This document shows, piece by piece, positions 16,335 through 19,189 of a stretch of 19,189 nucleotides of DNA. The position numbers were made by a program, and so were the translations under genes. The notes below the pieces were generated by a model. The model ran no database searches and was not told where the DNA came from. It saw nothing but the letters and a program-made list of their open reading frames with translations. The stretch is from a virus (lineage: Duplodnaviria; Heunggongvirae; Uroviricota; Caudoviricetes): positions 1 through 19,189 of the IMG/VR virus record IMGVR_UViG_2872180393_000006; one strand, given 5' to 3'. Position 1 is the first letter of the stretch, and each line of letters begins with the position of its first letter.

Positions 16335-16522
16335 ATACAGTATTTGCACTCGTTCTGACGGTTTTTCTTGTTTCCGGTGAACCGGTTGACATGGTTACTG
16401 GCGTATACAGCTCAATGAAAGAATGTATGACTGCCGCAGCGAAACAGAAAATTCCCGGTGACTGTTATCAGGTCGATAAAGTTATTCACCATGATAATAA
16501 CGAAATCCCGGCAGGTCTTTAA
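16331..16522 (+). CDS. ydfD: YdfD-like small membrane/lysis protein (63 aa)
   Basis: MNTVFALVLTVFLVSGEPVD...DKVIHHDNNEIPAGL. The start overlaps the dicB stop (ATGA); the track ORF 16277..16522 has an N-terminal extension that is probably not used. Confidence 0.75.
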   Translation: MNTVFALVLTVFLVSGEPVDMVTGVYSSMKECMTAAAKQKIPGDCYQVDKVIHHDNNEIPAGL

Positions 16523-16606
16523 AACAGTTCCGTAATAAATATCCGGTTTCATTCTTATATGCCAGCAATGGCAGGGGTTCGCTCAACCTTAATTAAGGAG
16601 AAAAAC

Positions 16607-16732
16607 ATGATTACCAGTTATGAAGCCACTGTTGTAACTACTGATGACATTGTTCACGAGGTTAATCTGGAAGGAAAGCGTATTGGCTACGTGATTAAGA
16701 CAGAAAATAAAGAAACCCCATTCACTGTGTGA
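16607..16732 (+). pseudogene. N-terminal stub (41 codons) of a ydfE-like gene, cut by IS600 copy C
   Basis: ATG at 16607 with a strong SD (TAAGGAG, 6-nt spacer) encoding MITSYEATVVTTDDIVHEVNLEGKRIGYVIKTENKETPFTV. The stop codon TGA (16730..16732) is the first three bases of the IS600 terminus. Confidence 0.55.
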
Positions 16733-16754
16733 GGTGTACTGGCAATAGCGGACA

Positions 16755-17591
16755 CTACCATTTGTTCTTTTTTAAAGCAGCCATCTGATGATATTTTTCC
16801 CTGAAGGCTGCCGGGGAGATATTCCCCAGACGAGAGTGACGACGCTGACGATTGTAGAAAATCTCAATGTATTCCCGTATTACTGAGATGGCTTCATCCC
16901 GGTTATTAAAACGATAGTGGCTCAGGCTCTCATTTTTCAGCGTTCCCCAGAAGCTTTCCATCGGAGCGTTGTCGTAACAGTTACCTTTACGCGACATTGA
17001 TGTTTTCAGACCAAACTGCTCCTGTATGACCCGGTAATCGTATGCGCAGTACTGTGAACCTCGATCAGAGTGGTGGATTAGCCCGGCAGGTGGGCGCTGG
17101 CTCCTGAGCGCCATAAACAGGGCTTTACCTGTCAGCTCTTTTGTCATGCGCTCTCCCATGGCGTAGCCGACAATTTCGCACGTATAAACATCTTTGATGC
17201 CAGCTAGGTACAACCATCCCTCCTGTGTGGCAACATACGTCAGGTCCGCCACCCAGACCTGATTTGGTGCTGTAGGAGCGAACGTCTGGTTCAGCAGATT
17301 TGGCGCAACTGGCAGATTGTGGTTCGGGTTCGTAGTCGCTCTGAACTTGCGTTTCTGCTTACAGCGTAGCCTTAGCTCCTTACGAAGACGTGCCAGTCGG
17401 TCACGACCAACGATGATGCCATTCTCTGCCAGCTCCGTCTGGAGCCGCCGGGTTCCATATGTTTCGCGAGTGCGGATATGTGCCACCTTAATCTCCAGTT
17501 TTAGCCGCTCATCACTTTGTTTTCTGTCTGAGGGTTCATGCTGTACCCAGTTGTAATAACCGCTCCTGGATACACCAAATACCTGACACAT
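16755..17591 (-). CDS. IS600 OrfB with a 6-codon C-terminal extension caused by loss of the native stop
   Basis: 278 aa ending ...YHQMAALKKNKW, against ...YHQMAA in copy A; TAAAAAAAG in copy A reads TTAAAAAAG here. Confidence 0.85.
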   Translation of the reverse strand: MCQVFGVSRSGYYNWVQHEPSDRKQSDERLKLEIKVAHIRTRETYGTRRLQTELAENGIIVGRDRLARLRKELRLRCKQKRKFRATTNPNHNLPVAPNLLNQTFAPTAPNQVWVADLTYVATQEGWLYLAGIKDVYTCEIVGYAMGERMTKELTGKALFMALRSQRPPAGLIHHSDRGSQYCAYDYRVIQEQFGLKTSMSRKGNCYDNAPMESFWGTLKNESLSHYRFNNRDEAISVIREYIEIFYNRQRRHSRLGNISPAAFREKYHQMAALKKNKW

Positions 17592-17626
17592 CGCTTCAAT
17601 GGGAAATTGTTGTCGCCATTGTTCGA

Positions 17627-17929
17627 TTAACGCGTATTTTTCAGCGACTCCTGTGCAAAATACGCTGTTGCTTTTTTTAATATATCTCGCTCAAGGCGAG
17701 CTTCATTTAACGCCTTACGCAGTTGCAGAATTTCAGATTCCAGTTCAGCCACCGTGCGGGAACCAGGAGTACCGAGCCCTTTTCTGGCGGCGGTAACCCA
17801 TTGTCCTAAAGTGCCTTCAGGAAGGGATAATCGGGAAGCGCCTTCACTGATCGAAAGTTGATTTTCAGGAACCGTTCTGACAGCTTCGGCTTTGAACTCT
17901 TTAGAGTAACGTTGGGTTTTTCTGCTCAT
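17627..17929 (-). CDS. IS600 OrfA
   Basis: 100-aa product identical to that of copy A. Confidence 0.9.
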   Translation of the reverse strand: MSRKTQRYSKEFKAEAVRTVPENQLSISEGASRLSLPEGTLGQWVTAARKGLGTPGSRTVAELESEILQLRKALNEARLERDILKKATAYFAQESLKNTR

Positions 17930-17993
17930 TATTAGCTCCTTCTGATGCCATTCTATTTCAGGAAGGAGTGTCCGTTAAACTCAGGCTACCTCA

Positions 17994-19189
17994 ACATTCG
18001 CATCTGGTTCATGTTTCGAGGAAAACGATGTCGGGAAACATTGAAAGGCTGGGAGATTACTAACAGTAACATTAAAAAGGCCGGGAATTTAAGAGCGTTG
18101 ATAGTTCATGAAATCAGTTCCGGTGAATTTGAGTATTTAAGACGTTTGCCCCAGTCCAGCACTGGGGCAAAAATGGTGACAACGAGGGTCATAAAAACAT
18201 TCGGGGAGCTTTGTGATATCTGGACAAAAATTAAAGAGACAGAGTTAACAACAAACACAATGAAGAAAACGAAATCACAATTAAAAACACTAAGGATAAT
18301 AATTTGTGAGAGTACCCCGATATCGCATATTCGTTATAGCGATATCTTAAACTACCGGAATGAACTGCTGCATGGAGAAACGCTTTACCTAGATAATCCA
18401 AGATCCAACAAAAAAGGAAGAACCGTGCGCACAGTTGATAACTATATCGCCCTGCTCTGTTCGTTGTTACGTTTTGCGTATCAGTCGGGATTTATATCAA
18501 CCAAACCATTTGAAGGAGTAAAAAAATTACAGCGAAACAGAATAAAGCCTGACCCGTTATCTAAAACAGAATTCAATGCATTAATGGAAAGTGAAAAAGG
18601 ACAGAGCCAAAACTTGTGGAAATTTGCCGTTTACTCCGGGCTTCGTCACGGGGAACTGGCAGCTCTGGCGTGGGAGGATGTGGATTTCGAGAAGGGAATT
18701 GTGAATGTCAGAAGAAACCTGACGATACTTGATATGTTCGGTCCCCCAAAAACAAATGCCGGGATCCGGACGGTAACATTACTGCAGCCGGCTCTTGAAG
18801 CACTGAAGGAGCAATACAAACTGACCGGGCATCATCGCAAAAGCGAAATCACTTTTTATCATCGGGAGTACGGCAGAACTGAAAAGCAAAAACTGCATTT
18901 TGTTTTCATGCCCAGGGTGTGTAACGAAAAACAGAAACCTTATTACTCGGTAAGCAGTTTGGGTGCAAGATGGAATGCAGCAGTAAAACGTGCTGGTATT
19001 CGCCGCCGTAATCCGTACCATACGCGACATACTTTTGCCTGCTGGCTGTTGACGGCAGGAGCGAACCCGGCATTTATAGCCAGCCAGATGGGGCATGAAA
19101 CTGCGCAAATGGTGTATGAAATTTACGGTATGTGGATTGATGACATGAACGACGAACAGATAGCCATGTTGAATGCGCGGTTATCGTAG
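17994..19189 (+). CDS. Lambdoid prophage tyrosine integrase (IntQ/IntR-like), 5'-truncated by IS600; reading frame open from inside the IS
   Basis: The C-terminus has the tyrosine-recombinase catalytic region (...LRHGELAAL...HTRHTFACWLLTAGANPAFIASQMGHETAQMVYEIYG...). Native sequence begins ...IRIWFMFRGKRCRETLKGW; the first in-frame native ATG is at 18011. The stop codon is the last three bases of the window. Confidence 0.8.

Larger units (their letters stand above)
16730..17993 (-). mobile_element. IS600 (IS3 family), copy C, 1264 bp
   Basis: Same termini and A7 slippery run as copy A, and near-identical to it. Confidence 0.9.

Noticed and set aside
17994-19189. tRNA gene or att site next to the integrase
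   Set aside because: The window ends exactly at the integrase stop codon, so the expected attachment region is outside the sequence provided; no tRNA-like cloverleaf was seen elsewhere.

Overview
This window is an IS-riddled remnant of a cryptic prophage on an E. coli/Shigella-type chromosome; no single undescribed system is evident, and the most interesting signals are listed as findings. Left third (1-7831, minus strand): a decaying myovirus-type baseplate and tail-fibre module (gpV-like, baseplate-J-like, tail-protein-I-like, H-like fibre, P2 gpG-like Tfa, a lambda-Stf-like remnant and a second Tfa-like gene) with several frame breaks. Middle: three IS600 copies (IS3 family) and two inverted copies of an IS110-family element, one of which splits the tail-fibre gene, plus an AT-rich DedA-family membrane protein gene between insertions. 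Right third (12.8-19.2 kb): a Qin-like immunity and dicB locus (ydaT-like, Cro-like, DicA-like repressor, ydfA, ydfB, an unknown convergent gene, dicF-like sRNA, Rha-family gene, dicB, ydfD, ydfE stub) ending in a 5'-truncated lambdoid integrase at the window edge. No CRISPR array, rRNA or tRNA was seen. All protein family calls are from reading the translations and recalled family signatures, not from database searches.
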